Program-made: the position numbers and the translations under genes | In this document: positions 1 through 9,918 of the stretch, piece after piece | Position numbering within the stretch: the stretch's first letter is position 1 | Layout: every line of letters begins with the position of its first letter | Assembly: GCA_963803435.1 (NCBI GenBank) | Contig: CAWDML010000007.1 | Location: forward strand, 96,001-160,000 | DNA from: an uncultured delta proteobacterium | Lineage (GTDB): Bacteria > Myxococcota > Kuafuiibacteriia > Kuafuiibacteriales > Kuafuiibacteriaceae | Reading direction: 5' to 3' | Length of the DNA: 64,000 nt | The notes under the pieces: generated by a model | What the model was told of the DNA's origin: nothing | Seen by the model: the letters and a program-made list of their open reading frames with translations, nothing else | Database searches by the model: none

Positions 1-321
1 GAGAAAGAGCCCAGGGAAGAGCTCGGAGAAGTTGTCCTTGCCCTTGCCGCCGGAGCTGTCGCCGAAGGTCTCGGGGCGCACCAGGTCGGCGTCGATCAGC
101 GAGCCGCCGTAGATCCCGAACCCGCGCGAGAAGCCCTGGTCCTGGACGATCACCCGGATCTGCTCGTTCGAGAGCAGGTAATCGCCGACGTCGCCGAGCG
201 CACCCGGACCGCCGATCAGATCGGATCGCGATTGAATCCGCTTGGTGACGACCGTCGGTCCGTTCTCGGAGCAGCCGGCGAAGACGAGAGGAGCCGCGAG
301 GACCAGCCAGAGAGCACGCAT
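1..321 (-). CDS. Lipoprotein, N-terminal part only (runs off the window); possibly a PHP/CehA-McbA-like metallohydrolase
   Basis: Manual translation from ATG at 321: MRALWLVLAAPLVFAGCSENGPTVVTKRIQSRSDLIGGPGALGDVGDYLLSNEQIRVIVQD..., with lipobox FAGC. The family guess is from recall of similar myxobacterial N-termini. Confidence 0.6.
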   Translation of the reverse strand, partial: MRALWLVLAAPLVFAGCSENGPTVVTKRIQSRSDLIGGPGALGDVGDYLLSNEQIRVIVQDQGFSRGFGIYGGSLIDADLVRPETFGDSSGGKGKDNFSELFPGLFL

Positions 322-349
322 CTCGGCGAACGACACTATCCGAGACCCC

Positions 350-1850
350 TCAGAACGTGAACTGCGACAGGAGGGTGATCCGGTTGTTGTCCACCCGGCG
401 TCCCGCCTGCTCGAGGGCGATCGTGCCTTCAATCGCGAACTTGAGCGGCAGCTTCGGGACGACGTACTGCAGCGCGAGGCTGTGCTCCATGACCTGATCG
501 GCGTCGTCCAGGTCCTTGTTGTTGGGCTCGTACCAGGCAAACCGATACCCGAAGCGGAAGTCCCAGAGCGCGTAGTCGAACTGGCCGTGGGCGCCGAAGG
601 CCGTCACGTCCGGGCGCTCGGAGGTCTCGAACTTGGTGTTCTGCACCAGGAGCTGGCCCTCGAGGCGGAGCCCGAAGAACGCGACCACCATGGAGACCTC
701 GGCGCCGAGCACGTTCTCGTCGAACAGGTTCGGGAGCTCGCCGACGGTGCGCGAGTCGGTGAAACCACCCACGTTCAGCGACGCCCACTCCCCCCAGTAG
801 AAGCTCAGGCGCGCGAATCCTGCGGGTCGGTCGTTGTCGTTGAGCGCCTTGTTGAAGGTGCGGCCGTTCGTCAGCGCCAGCGCGTAGCCGAGATCGAACG
901 CGTGTTCGGTGATCCCGATCTTGCCCTTCGAGATCATCAGGCCGAGCTCCCGATCCTGCGACATGCCCAGGACCTCGTTGCCCTGGGTGGGCAGCACTCC
1001 GCGCGACTCGAGGGGCGCTTCGATGAACATCGTGGCGCCGCCGCTGAGGTCCGAGGGCGACTCGAGCGTCCCGAGATCGTACGGGGCCTTGAATCGACCG
1101 ACCTGCACTCCGGCGAAGTCCGAGAAGTCGTACCGGATGATGGCGTCGCGGGGTCGCACCGTGAACTCCTCGTTCGGATCGTTGAAGGTCTCGGCCTCGC
1201 CGACCGCCGCCTCGATGGAGAGGTACGCGTACAGATCCTCGTAGGAGACCCGGGTACCGAGCCGCGCGTTGGCGAGCCGGAAGCCGTCGTTGCGCCCGAT
1301 GAAGGTGCTCTTGCTATCGTTCTCGATCACCTCCGCGATCACGCGGATGTAGCCCTCCCACGAGAGCTTCAGCCCGAAGTCGGTCTGGTACGAGAGATCC
1401 CACGGCGGCTGACCGGTGCTGGGCGGCGGCATGCCCTCGTCCCGGAGCTGGCCCGTGGTCGCCGGCGTCTCGGGAGGCGGCTCGGAGGGCGGCGGAATCC
1501 GAGATCTCGCTGGCGTCGTGAGCGTGCTCGTGTCCCGGGCCGTTCTTGTGATCGTGACAGTGGTTGTGGACGGTGCCGTCGGCATGCTCGTGCTCGTGGC
1601 AGTGCTGTCCGATCTTGGCGTCGCCGACCTGGCCGACGCGCTTCATGCCGCCGTGGTCGACGCCGCCCTCCTTCCCGGAGCGCTCGACGCCGTCGTCGAC
1701 GCCGCCGACGGGCATGGGCGCCCGCGGCAGCGGCCCGCCCTCCTCGGGGAGCTTCACCGTGGTGGAGGTGTCCGCCTGGGCGAAGGCCGCGGGCGACCCG
1801 CCCAGCACGAGCAGCAGAATGGTCCATCCAATCGATTGGTTTCGAGCCAT
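350..1850 (-). CDS. Outer-membrane porin (OprO/OprP-like phosphate-selective porin fold) with His-rich N-terminal segment; frameshift near 1497
   Basis: Signal peptide MARNQSIGWTILLLVLGGSPAAFA at ATG 1850, then HCHEHEH...HNHCHDH...HEHAH. The frame switches into ORF 350..1585, which has GFRLANARLG, VQVGRFKAPY, amphipathic beta-strands and a C-terminal Phe (SQFTF). Confidence 0.7.
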
Positions 1851-1861
1851 GTCTCTCGTCC

Positions 1862-3397
1862 CTACCGAACCGCGGGCAACGGTTCGTCCATCGCCGCCGC
1901 CGGCGGCTCGATCTCGAGCAGCGCCGCGATCGTCGGCGCGAGTTGAGTCATGCGGTGCGGCCGTTCGTCGACTCCGCCCTGGACACCGGGGCCGTCGATG
2001 ATGATCGGCACCGTGGTGTCGTAGCCGTACGGCGAGCCGTGGCTGGTTCCGATGCCGTGGCCGTCCGGCTCGACCGAATCGATCAAGTCGTAGGCTTCGT
2101 GCCAGATCAGCACGTCGGCGTCTCGTCCGCGGAAGCTCGAACGTCGATAGTAGGTGCGCAGCGGCTCCGGCCATCGATCGAGGTCCTCGGACGCGATCGC
2201 GTCCACGATCCCGGGCATGCTCCTGACCACGTCGGCCGCGCGCCGCGCCAGGTGAAGACGATCGACCCCCGGACGCGTGGGCGAGAGGTAGAGCCGCGGC
2301 GAGTTGAGCGCCAGCACCGAGACCTCGTCCTTCGGGAACTCACGCTTCAGCATGTCGTTCACCGCCGAGACGATGGGCTCGGGAGGGACGCGGAGGACGC
2401 GGAGGTGGTGCGTCTCCTCCGGCGTGGGCAGCGATCCGTGATCCGCAGTGATCACGAAGATCGCGCCGCCGTCGCCGAGCTGCTTCTCGACGGCGTCGAT
2501 CAGCGCGCCGATCGCGGCGTCGATGCGGAGGAGGATGTCGAGCGTCTCGTGCGAGTGCGAGCCCCACCAGTGGCCGGCGTAGTCCAGCGTGCCGACGCTG
2601 ATCGCGAGGTAGTCGATCGTCCCGCGGCGCCCCAGGCTCTCCTTCACGAGGGCGGTGCGGGCCAGATCGAACAGTGCGTCGATCGACGCGGGCGAAGCGG
2701 GCCACACGTGACGCCAGCGCGCGTCGGCGCCGTCGGTCAGCCCCTGGCCAAGCACCCGCGGGAACGTGCGTCCCAGACCGTCGAGCTTCGCCTCGGTCAC
2801 CAGATCGTCGGGACCCGAGGCCCGCTCGTAGTCGAGCCCCTTCTTGAACCGATCCCACTTGCGGCCGAACGCGCTGGCGGCCGAATCCGAGAGCGTGACC
2901 TGGTTGAACCAGCCGGGCGGCTTGGGCAGCCCCTTCCAGTGCCCTGCGACGATCCGCCCCGCGGACTCGTCGTACCAGGCCACCAGATCGGGCTGGGTTC
3001 CGCCGAGCGAGATCGCCGCCCGATCCTTGAGCCCGAGGGAGAAGGTCCGGCCGCGGCCGAGCGTGGCGAGCTCGATCGCATCGGCGATGCCGGGCGCCTT
3101 CAGGTTCGCCGGGCTCCGTCCATACTCTCTGTCTTCGACGGCGTAGACCGCGCGCCCGCTCTCGTCATACCAGGTGTTCGCCACCAAGCCGTGGAGGCTC
3201 GGCCACGCGCCGGTCGCGATGGTCGCGTGGCCCGCGGCCGTCTCGGTGTTGGCGTACTCGAAGATCCCGCGGCGGTAGTACGCGCCGCGGCGGGCGAGGC
3301 GACCGATCCCTTCGGTCGCCAGATCGCCCCACCGCCTCAGATAGTGCGAGCCCATCTGGTCGACGACGATCAGCACCACGAGCGACGCGACCCGCAC
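1862..3397 (-). CDS. Alkaline phosphatase superfamily protein (PafA-like phosphatase/phosphodiesterase)
   Basis: Motifs VVDQM, ETAAGHATIATG (Thr nucleophile), SLGLKDRAAI, DYAGH, TADHG and TSHGSPYGYDTTVP. Confidence 0.9.
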   Translation of the reverse strand: MRVASLVVLIVVDQMGSHYLRRWGDLATEGIGRLARRGAYYRRGIFEYANTETAAGHATIATGAWPSLHGLVANTWYDESGRAVYAVEDREYGRSPANLKAPGIADAIELATLGRGRTFSLGLKDRAAISLGGTQPDLVAWYDESAGRIVAGHWKGLPKPPGWFNQVTLSDSAASAFGRKWDRFKKGLDYERASGPDDLVTEAKLDGLGRTFPRVLGQGLTDGADARWRHVWPASPASIDALFDLARTALVKESLGRRGTIDYLAISVGTLDYAGHWWGSHSHETLDILLRIDAAIGALIDAVEKQLGDGGAIFVITADHGSLPTPEETHHLRVLRVPPEPIVSAVNDMLKREFPKDEVSVLALNSPRLYLSPTRPGVDRLHLARRAADVVRSMPGIVDAIASEDLDRWPEPLRTYYRRSSFRGRDADVLIWHEAYDLIDSVEPDGHGIGTSHGSPYGYDTTVPIIIDGPGVQGGVDERPHRMTQLAPTIAALLEIEPPAAAMDEPLPAVR

Positions 3398-3435
3398 TGG
3401 CCGCGCACATAGGACGCCCTCGGTTTCTCAGCAAG

Positions 3436-4122
3436 TCATTTGCCCTTGGGGAGGGGCAGGTGAAAGGCGATCGGCTTGTCGCCGGAAAAAGGTGGAACCC
3501 TGAGCGATTCGACGACGCGGGCCACGCAGTCGTAGGGGGGTCGATCCTGGACCTCCTGCGGCTCGATCCGAACGTCGAGGACGCGGCCGTCGGGTCGCAC
3601 GCGAAACCGCACGCTGGCGTTCACACCCGGGGTCTGGTCGCCGCAGCGAGCCAGCGCCTCTTTGAGCCCCTCGAACGCGGTCGTGACCGCCTTCTCGTCG
3701 AGCGGCGGGTCTTGGTTTTCGTGCTTGAATACGGCAGCCAGCTGCTCGGCGTCGCACGTGACCGCGCCGTTGCCGTACGTGCAAGCTATCTTGCGAACCT
3801 CGGGCGCACGAGCGCGCTCGAACAGGATCACGGCGAGCGCATCGTAGGTGTCGGCCAGCTGCATCGCGACCACGTGGTCGACGCTCAGCATCGACGCGAT
3901 CTCCTTGGGACACTCCAGGGGGCACGCGCTGTCCCGCTCCTCTCGCTTGGCCATGCGAACCTCGCCGGAGACATTCTGGCTGACGGTCCTCGCCATCTCG
4001 ACGCTCAGGCGGAGCAGCGTCGGATCACCCGGCGGAGGGTGATCGGAGACGACCGGAAACACCACCCAGGTCTCCGCGTGCGCCGCCGGCGCGAGGAGAA
4101 GGATCGGGAGAAGAGCGCACAC
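3436..4122 (-). CDS. Exported protein with C-terminal TonB-C/AgmX-PglI-like domain
   Basis: Signal peptide (LLLAPAAHA); C-terminal LARC...VRFRVRPDGRVLDVRI...CVARVVESLRVPPFSG pattern. Confidence 0.6.
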   Translation of the reverse strand: MCALLPILLLAPAAHAETWVVFPVVSDHPPPGDPTLLRLSVEMARTVSQNVSGEVRMAKREERDSACPLECPKEIASMLSVDHVVAMQLADTYDALAVILFERARAPEVRKIACTYGNGAVTCDAEQLAAVFKHENQDPPLDEKAVTTAFEGLKEALARCGDQTPGVNASVRFRVRPDGRVLDVRIEPQEVQDRPPYDCVARVVESLRVPPFSGDKPIAFHLPLPKGK

Positions 4123-4146
4123 GCCGGGAGTAGACCTCCGGCACGC

Positions 4147-4833
4147 CTACAAGTCCACCGGCACCCGGAGCTCCAGCGGATCGCCTTCGAACGGCCCCAC
4201 GTCGATCGACTCCATCACCTTCGCGAGGCACGCACCCAGCTTCGCCCTCGCCGCGATCGCCGGCGCGAGGTCGACCACCTGGACCCGTCCCGTGGGCAGC
4301 ACTTTCAGATCGATCTCGATACGCCCGAAGATCCGCTCCGCCGCCGGTACCCGATCCTCCGCGCGCACGCAGCGACCCACCGCGCGCGCGTGCGAGCGCA
4401 GCGCCGATACCATGTCGACGTCCTCGGCCTGGCGCGGCTTGAGCCCCTCCAAAACCGCCGCCTCGAGCTGTGCGCAGTCGAAGGCGCCGCCTTCGCCCTG
4501 ACCGCACGCGATCCGCGCCACCGCCCATGGCCCGGCGGTGCCCCGGAGAAAGTGCGTGATCCACAGGGTGCGCGCGCCGCTCTCGAGGGGCGGCTCCAGA
4601 TCGAGCGCCACCAGCCGGTCGACCTCTCGGGCCTTCGCTTCGTCGCCCAGCTCGACCGGTGCGTCGCGGCCGGTGGGACGGGCCATCTCCGGCGGCGCCG
4701 GCTTCACCGTGAAGCCCTTCGCGGTCAGCACCGCGACGGCGCGCTGCTCGATCGACGCCAGCTCCGGCTTCGGGATCGCGCACGGCTCCGGACAGGAGAC
4801 GCCGAACAGCAGCAGGATGGCCGGTCCGCTCAT
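4147..4833 (-). CDS. Exported protein with C-terminal TonB-C/AgmX-PglI-like domain (paralog-like to its neighbour)
   Basis: ATG at 4833 (MSGPAILLLFGVSC); C-terminal VGRC...IEIDLKVLPTGRV...CLAKVMESIDVGPFEG. Confidence 0.55.
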   Translation of the reverse strand: MSGPAILLLFGVSCPEPCAIPKPELASIEQRAVAVLTAKGFTVKPAPPEMARPTGRDAPVELGDEAKAREVDRLVALDLEPPLESGARTLWITHFLRGTAGPWAVARIACGQGEGGAFDCAQLEAAVLEGLKPRQAEDVDMVSALRSHARAVGRCVRAEDRVPAAERIFGRIEIDLKVLPTGRVQVVDLAPAIAARAKLGACLAKVMESIDVGPFEGDPLELRVPVDL

Positions 4834-4885
4834 CGCAGGATCGCGACGGTACCGTCTGCGTCGCATTTCAGCTACATCTCGAAGC

Positions 4886-5719
4886 GTGGTCCCGCTGCTG
4901 ATCGCGGCCCTCGCCTGCGCGCAGACCGGGGAAGGCGGCTACGCCGGCCGCATCGCGGTGCTCCCGATCGTGACCGAAGGACCGAACGGAACCGCCACCC
5001 TGTCCTCGATCTTCGACGACGTGGCGGCCGCCGTCTCGCGCCGCCTGGGGCTCCGCCTGATCTCGTACGAGGAGCTGTTCGCCGTCAGCCAGGAGGGCCT
5101 GGCCGCCGGCGTCCTCGAGTGCGGTCCGGACATCGGTTGCATCTGTTCCAAGCTCCGCACCTTCAACGCGCGCATGGGCCTGGTCGTGATCCTGACGTTC
5201 GATCTCGATCCGCCGGTCATCACGCTGCAGCTGCTCGATACCGACGATCAGAGGCTGATCGCCGAGACCTCGGGCGAGCTGCCCGCGCGCGACGCGAACA
5301 AGATCTCGGAGGGCATCCGCAGGAAAGCCGAAGCCGTCCTCGACGCGGCCGGCTATCGGCCCGCTGCACACCTGGTGGTCGAGGTCGAGCCGCCCAACGC
5401 CCGCGTGCATCTCACCGACGGTCTCGACCCGGACAAGGGCACCACCAACGTCTTCACCGTCGCGCCCGGCAGCTACCGCGTCCAAGCCGAGCTCGAGGGC
5501 TTCAGCACCGGCGAGACCGACGCCATCGTCGCCAGCGGTGAGACCCGGCACGTCCACCTCGCGCTCGAAGAGGAGCGCTCGATCGTGTCGAGCCCCTGGC
5601 TGTGGATCGGCGTCGCCGCCGGTGTCGCGGCGATCGCCACCGGCATCGCTCTCGGCACGCGCCACACCGAACGGTGCCTGCAGGTCACGCTGAACGGCGA
5701 AGGCGCGGATTGTGATTGA
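4886..5719 (+). CDS. PEGA domain-containing membrane/exported protein
   Basis: LVVEVEPPNARVHL...VAPGSYRVQAELEGF PEGA-like segment; C-terminal TM (PWLWIGVAAGVAAIATGIAL). GTG start at 4886 is inferred. Confidence 0.7.
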   Translation: MVPLLIAALACAQTGEGGYAGRIAVLPIVTEGPNGTATLSSIFDDVAAAVSRRLGLRLISYEELFAVSQEGLAAGVLECGPDIGCICSKLRTFNARMGLVVILTFDLDPPVITLQLLDTDDQRLIAETSGELPARDANKISEGIRRKAEAVLDAAGYRPAAHLVVEVEPPNARVHLTDGLDPDKGTTNVFTVAPGSYRVQAELEGFSTGETDAIVASGETRHVHLALEEERSIVSSPWLWIGVAAGVAAIATGIALGTRHTERCLQVTLNGEGADCD

Positions 5720-5727
5720 GAAGCCGG

Positions 5728-7398
5728 TCAGCTGTCGGCGGTCAGCTGGTTCAAGCGGGCGCGGAGCTCGACGATCGCCCGCTGCTTGCCCTCGAGGTTG
5801 TTCGACTGCTTCCAGGCGCTCACCTGATTCAGGTACTTGATCAGCGCATCCCTCTTCTCGGGATCGCCGGCCCCGTTCTTGAGCGCACTGGCGCGCTCGC
5901 GGAGCGTCTCGAGCTCGGCGTTGAGCGCCTCCTGAGAGACGGGGGCGGGAGGCGGCGAAACGGAACGACCAGTTCGGATCCGCTCCTCATGCTTCCGCGC
6001 CTGGCGAGGCTTCGGGGGGATGACCGCCGTCCCCTCGGGCTCCGGCGGCGGGGGCGCGCGCGCCTCGCCCTGCTCCACCTTCGGCTCAAGCACCGGGCGC
6101 TCCGGGGCGGGGATCGCGGTCACGACCTCGACCTGCGGGGCCAGCCGATCGGCCAGCAGCACCGCAACCAACCCTCCGAGCACGGCCGCCACCGTCACCG
6201 CGCCGATCAACACGGGGATGGAGACGCCGCGCCGGGGCGGCGAGATCGAGTGCGAGCTCCCTGGCTGGAACGATCCCGAGGAGATCGCGGGCGGCGGGAC
6301 GAAGTGGACCGTCGGCACCAGCTTGGTCTCGTCGCGCGCCTCGTACGTGGTGGGCTGCTGGTCCGGCGGCAGGACGCCGGCGCGCATCACGAAGACCCGC
6401 GTCGGCTCGGAATCGGTGGCGTCCGGCAAGGGAAGCGCAAGCAGACTCGAGATCTCTTCGACCCGCTCCTGTCGCGTGGCGCCGAACAGGTCCGAGATCA
6501 GCGAGGTCATCCCGCCCTCGGTGTGCGACGGCGCGATGACCTTGCGGAGCGCGTTGGAGAAGTGGCGCGCCGTCTGATAGCGCTGCTCCTTCTCCGGTGC
6601 CAGCGCCCGCTCCAGCACCGCGTCGAGCCCCTCCGGCACGTCCGGGCGGAAGGACGAGGGCTTCAGGAACTTCGGCGTAGCCGACGCCTCCATCATCGCG
6701 GTGACGGTGCCGCGCCGGACGTAGTTTCTCAGCGCGAGCATCTCGAAGCAGACGACCGCGAGGGAGTAGAGATCGGCGCGCGCATCGACGCGCTCGCCGC
6801 GCGCCTGCTCCGGCGGCATGTATCCGACGGAGCCCATCACCACTCCGGTGCGGGTCTTCCAATCCTGGGCGTTGGACTTGCCGAGGCCGAGATCGATCAA
6901 CCGCATCCGGCCGTCCTCGCCCACCATCAGGTTCTTCGGCGAGATATCGCGGTGCACGATGCCGAGCGGGTTGCCTGCGTCGTCCTTCGCGGTGTGGAGC
7001 GTGTCGAGTCCGTCGAGGCCGCCGGCGATCAGATCGATCACGGACGCGATCGAGGCGTGGCGGCCCGACTCGAGGATCGCCTCCAGCACCTTCGACAGCG
7101 GCCAGCCCGGGACGTACTCCATGGCGATGTAGAGCGTTTCGCCGACGGCGCCCACGTCGTAGACCTTGGCCACGTGCGGGCTGTCCACCGACACCGCGAT
7201 CGCCGCCTCGTGCCGGAATCGCGACACGAAGCCCTTCTTGGAGGCGAGCTCACCGTGCAGCCGCTTCACCACCACCGGCGCCGGAATCCCTCGATCGGGG
7301 TTGAGCGGGCGGGCCAACCAGACGTCGCCCATCGCCCCGCGTCCCAACGCCCGCAGCAAAAGATAGGCGCCGAAGACCTTGGGCTGCTCCTCGGCCAC
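5728..7398 (-). CDS. Serine/threonine protein kinase (Hanks type) with TM helix and Pro-rich C-terminus
   Basis: LGRGAMGDV, VVVK, HRDISPKN, DLG, GSVGYMPPEQ, DLYSL; hydrophobic segment after the kinase domain. Confidence 0.95.
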   Translation of the reverse strand: MAEEQPKVFGAYLLLRALGRGAMGDVWLARPLNPDRGIPAPVVVKRLHGELASKKGFVSRFRHEAAIAVSVDSPHVAKVYDVGAVGETLYIAMEYVPGWPLSKVLEAILESGRHASIASVIDLIAGGLDGLDTLHTAKDDAGNPLGIVHRDISPKNLMVGEDGRMRLIDLGLGKSNAQDWKTRTGVVMGSVGYMPPEQARGERVDARADLYSLAVVCFEMLALRNYVRRGTVTAMMEASATPKFLKPSSFRPDVPEGLDAVLERALAPEKEQRYQTARHFSNALRKVIAPSHTEGGMTSLISDLFGATRQERVEEISSLLALPLPDATDSEPTRVFVMRAGVLPPDQQPTTYEARDETKLVPTVHFVPPPAISSGSFQPGSSHSISPPRRGVSIPVLIGAVTVAAVLGGLVAVLLADRLAPQVEVVTAIPAPERPVLEPKVEQGEARAPPPPEPEGTAVIPPKPRQARKHEERIRTGRSVSPPPAPVSQEALNAELETLRERASALKNGAGDPEKRDALIKYLNQVSAWKQSNNLEGKQRAIVELRARLNQLTADS

Positions 7399-7457
7399 GG
7401 GAGATTGAGTCTACCACAGGGTAACGATGGCCCCTCCGCGCGCGTACACTCCGAACG

Positions 7458-8405
7458 ATGCTGGTCCGGATCCCAAAACCGTGGGAGCTGCCCGAACGCG
7501 AGGTGACCGACGAGGCGTCGGTGATCGAGCGCGCGCTCACGCGCCGCCGCCTGCTGGTCTCGGCCGGCGCATTCAGTGCCGCCGGGCTGATCGGGCGCCT
7601 CGCCGCCGCCGAGACGGCAAAGGTCAAACGCAATCGGGACTACATCGTCGCGGAGCGACCGATCACTCCGGAGAAGCTGTCGACGACGTACAACAACTTC
7701 TACGAGTTCACGACCGACAAGGAGCAGGTCCACAAGCTGGTGGGCGACATGCCGACGCACCCCTGGGCCGTGACGGTCGGCGGCGAATGCGCCAAGCCGG
7801 CGACGTTCGACGTCGACGCGCTGATCCGGATGATGCCGCTCGAAGAGCGCGTGTATCGCTTCCGCTGCGTCGAGGCCTGGTCGATGACCGTCCCCTGGAC
7901 CGGCTTTCCGTTGAAGGCGCTCCTCGATCGCGTGGAGCCCAAGTCGACCGCGAAGTACGTCCGGTTCGAGACCTTCCCCAAGTCGACCTGGGCGCCCGGG
8001 ATGAAGCGCATGCCCTGGTACCCCTGGCCGTACTTCGAGGGCCTCACCCTCGAGGAGGCCTCGCACCCGCTGGCGATGCTGGTCACCGGGATGTACGGCA
8101 AGGATCTCCCCAAGCAGAACGGCGCCCCGATCCGGGTGATCGTCCCCTGGAAGTACGGGTACAAATCGCCCAAGTCGATCGTGAAGATCGACCTGGTGGC
8201 CGCCCAGCCGAAGACGTTCTGGAACGAGCTCGCGCCTGAGGAGTACGGGTTTTATTCGAACGTCGATCCGAAGACCCCACACCCGCGGTGGTCCCAGGCG
8301 ACCGAGCGTCTCATCGATACCGGCGAGCGCATCCCGACCCAGCCGTTCAACGGCTACGGCGCCCTGGTCGGGGGGCTTTATCCCAGTGGAAAAACCTATT
8401 TCTAA
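7458..8405 (+). CDS. msrP: Protein-methionine-sulfoxide reductase catalytic subunit MsrP
   Basis: Tat-like RRRLL; YNNFYEF, YRFRCVEAWSM, QNGAPIRVIVPWKYGYKSPKSIVKI, YGFYSNVDP and HPRWSQATER. Confidence 0.95.
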   Translation: MLVRIPKPWELPEREVTDEASVIERALTRRRLLVSAGAFSAAGLIGRLAAAETAKVKRNRDYIVAERPITPEKLSTTYNNFYEFTTDKEQVHKLVGDMPTHPWAVTVGGECAKPATFDVDALIRMMPLEERVYRFRCVEAWSMTVPWTGFPLKALLDRVEPKSTAKYVRFETFPKSTWAPGMKRMPWYPWPYFEGLTLEEASHPLAMLVTGMYGKDLPKQNGAPIRVIVPWKYGYKSPKSIVKIDLVAAQPKTFWNELAPEEYGFYSNVDPKTPHPRWSQATERLIDTGERIPTQPFNGYGALVGGLYPSGKTYF

Positions 8406-8491
8406 TCAGGCGTGACCGCTCTCACACCGCGCCCGTCCCGTCCGCAGGCTGGTATTGCGATGTGGGCCCTGATAGGCCTGGGACCGACGGG

Positions 8492-9912
8492 ATGACAGAG
8501 GCACACATCCAGCGCCAGAAGCTCGCGCTCCTGATCGGCGACGTCCTCGCGTTCCTCATCGCCTTCGCCGTCGCGATGCAGCTGCGGTTCGGCGAGCACC
8601 AGCTCCACGTCTTCGCGCTCAGCACGCCGCCCTGGGAGGAGATGCTGACCACCCTCCCCTTCATGCTGGGGACCTGGCTGGTCGCGCTGACCGCCTGCGG
8701 CGCCTATCGGATCGGAAAGAAACGGGTCTTCCTCGAGCTGGCCCGGACCATCGAGGCCAACTTCATCTTCATCGGCGGCATGTTGACCGTGAACTTCTTC
8801 TATCACGGCTTCGAGTACTCCCGCGGATTCGCGGTCCTCTTCCTGGGCGCGAACCTGACCCTGACGTTCTTCGGCCGCGTGGCCTTCCGCGTCGCGCGGG
8901 CCCGCTTCGAGGACGAGACCCACCGGATCGTCCTCGTCTGTAACACCCCGGTGACCGCCCATCTCATCGAGACGTATCCGATGATCGTGGGCGTCCTCGA
9001 CGACCACACGCCCGCCGGCACGGTGGTGGCGGGCAGCGTGCGGGTGCTGGGCCGGCTGGCCGACCTCGCCGAGCTGGCCAAAGAGCACCAGATCAACCGG
9101 GTCATCGTGACGGACCCGCGCATCGACGACGCCAAGCACGAGGCCCTCCTCGACACCTGCCTCGGCGCCAACCTCCACTGGCAGGTGGTCCCGAGCGCCT
9201 ACCAGCTCATGCTGGACCGGGCCGAGTTCGACATCGTCGCCGGCGTGCCGGTCATCGGCATGCGACGCTGCAACATCCGCGGGGCCAACCGGGTCTTCAA
9301 GCGGATGTTCGACATGGCGGTGGCCGCGCTCGCCATCCTGTTGATTCCGCCCCTGATGGCCCTGGTGGCCGCGCTCATCAAGCTGACCTCGAGGGGCCCC
9401 GTGCTCTTCACCCAGATCGCGTCGGCGAGAACGGCCAGCCGTTCCGCTTCCTCAAGTTCCGGTCGATGCACGTGAACAACGACGACAGCATCCACCGCGA
9501 GTACACGCAGAAGTACATCACGGGCGACGTCGAGGCCGGCGCGGTCGACCGAAAGGGCGCGATCTTCAAGATCAAGGACGATCCCCGCCTCATCCCCATC
9601 GGCGCCTTCATCCGCAAGTACTCGATCGACGAGCTCCCCCAGCTCTTCAACGTCCTCCGGGGCGACATGTCCCTGATCGGGCCGCGCCCGCCCATCCCCT
9701 ACGAGGTCGAGGTGTACCGGGAGTGGCACAAGCGCCGCTTCGAGGGACCGCCCGGGATCACCGGGCTCTGGCAGGTCTCGGGCCGGAACCGGCTCTCCTT
9801 CGAGGAGATGGTGAAGCTCGACATCGAGTACCTGGAAAACTGGTCGATCGGACACGATCTCAAGATCCTCTGGCGGACGATGGGCGTGGTCCTCTTCGGC
9901 AAAGCATACTGA
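8492..9912 (+). CDS. Undecaprenyl-phosphate sugar phosphotransferase (WcaJ/WbaP family); frameshift near 9418
   Basis: Four N-terminal TMs and KRMFD, then in the next frame FLKFRSM, DDPR, SIDELPQLFNVLRGDMSLIGPRP, PGITGLWQVSGR and LDIEYLENWS. Confidence 0.93.
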
Positions 9913-9918
9913 GCGCCG

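Noticed and set aside
242-3412. Very long ORFs antisense to real genes (e.g. 242..3412+, 9199..11706-, 17651..20419-, 58880..61381+)
   Set aside because: Shadow ORFs typical of high-GC DNA; the opposite strand carries recognisable protein families and these translations are Arg/Pro/Gly-rich without motifs.
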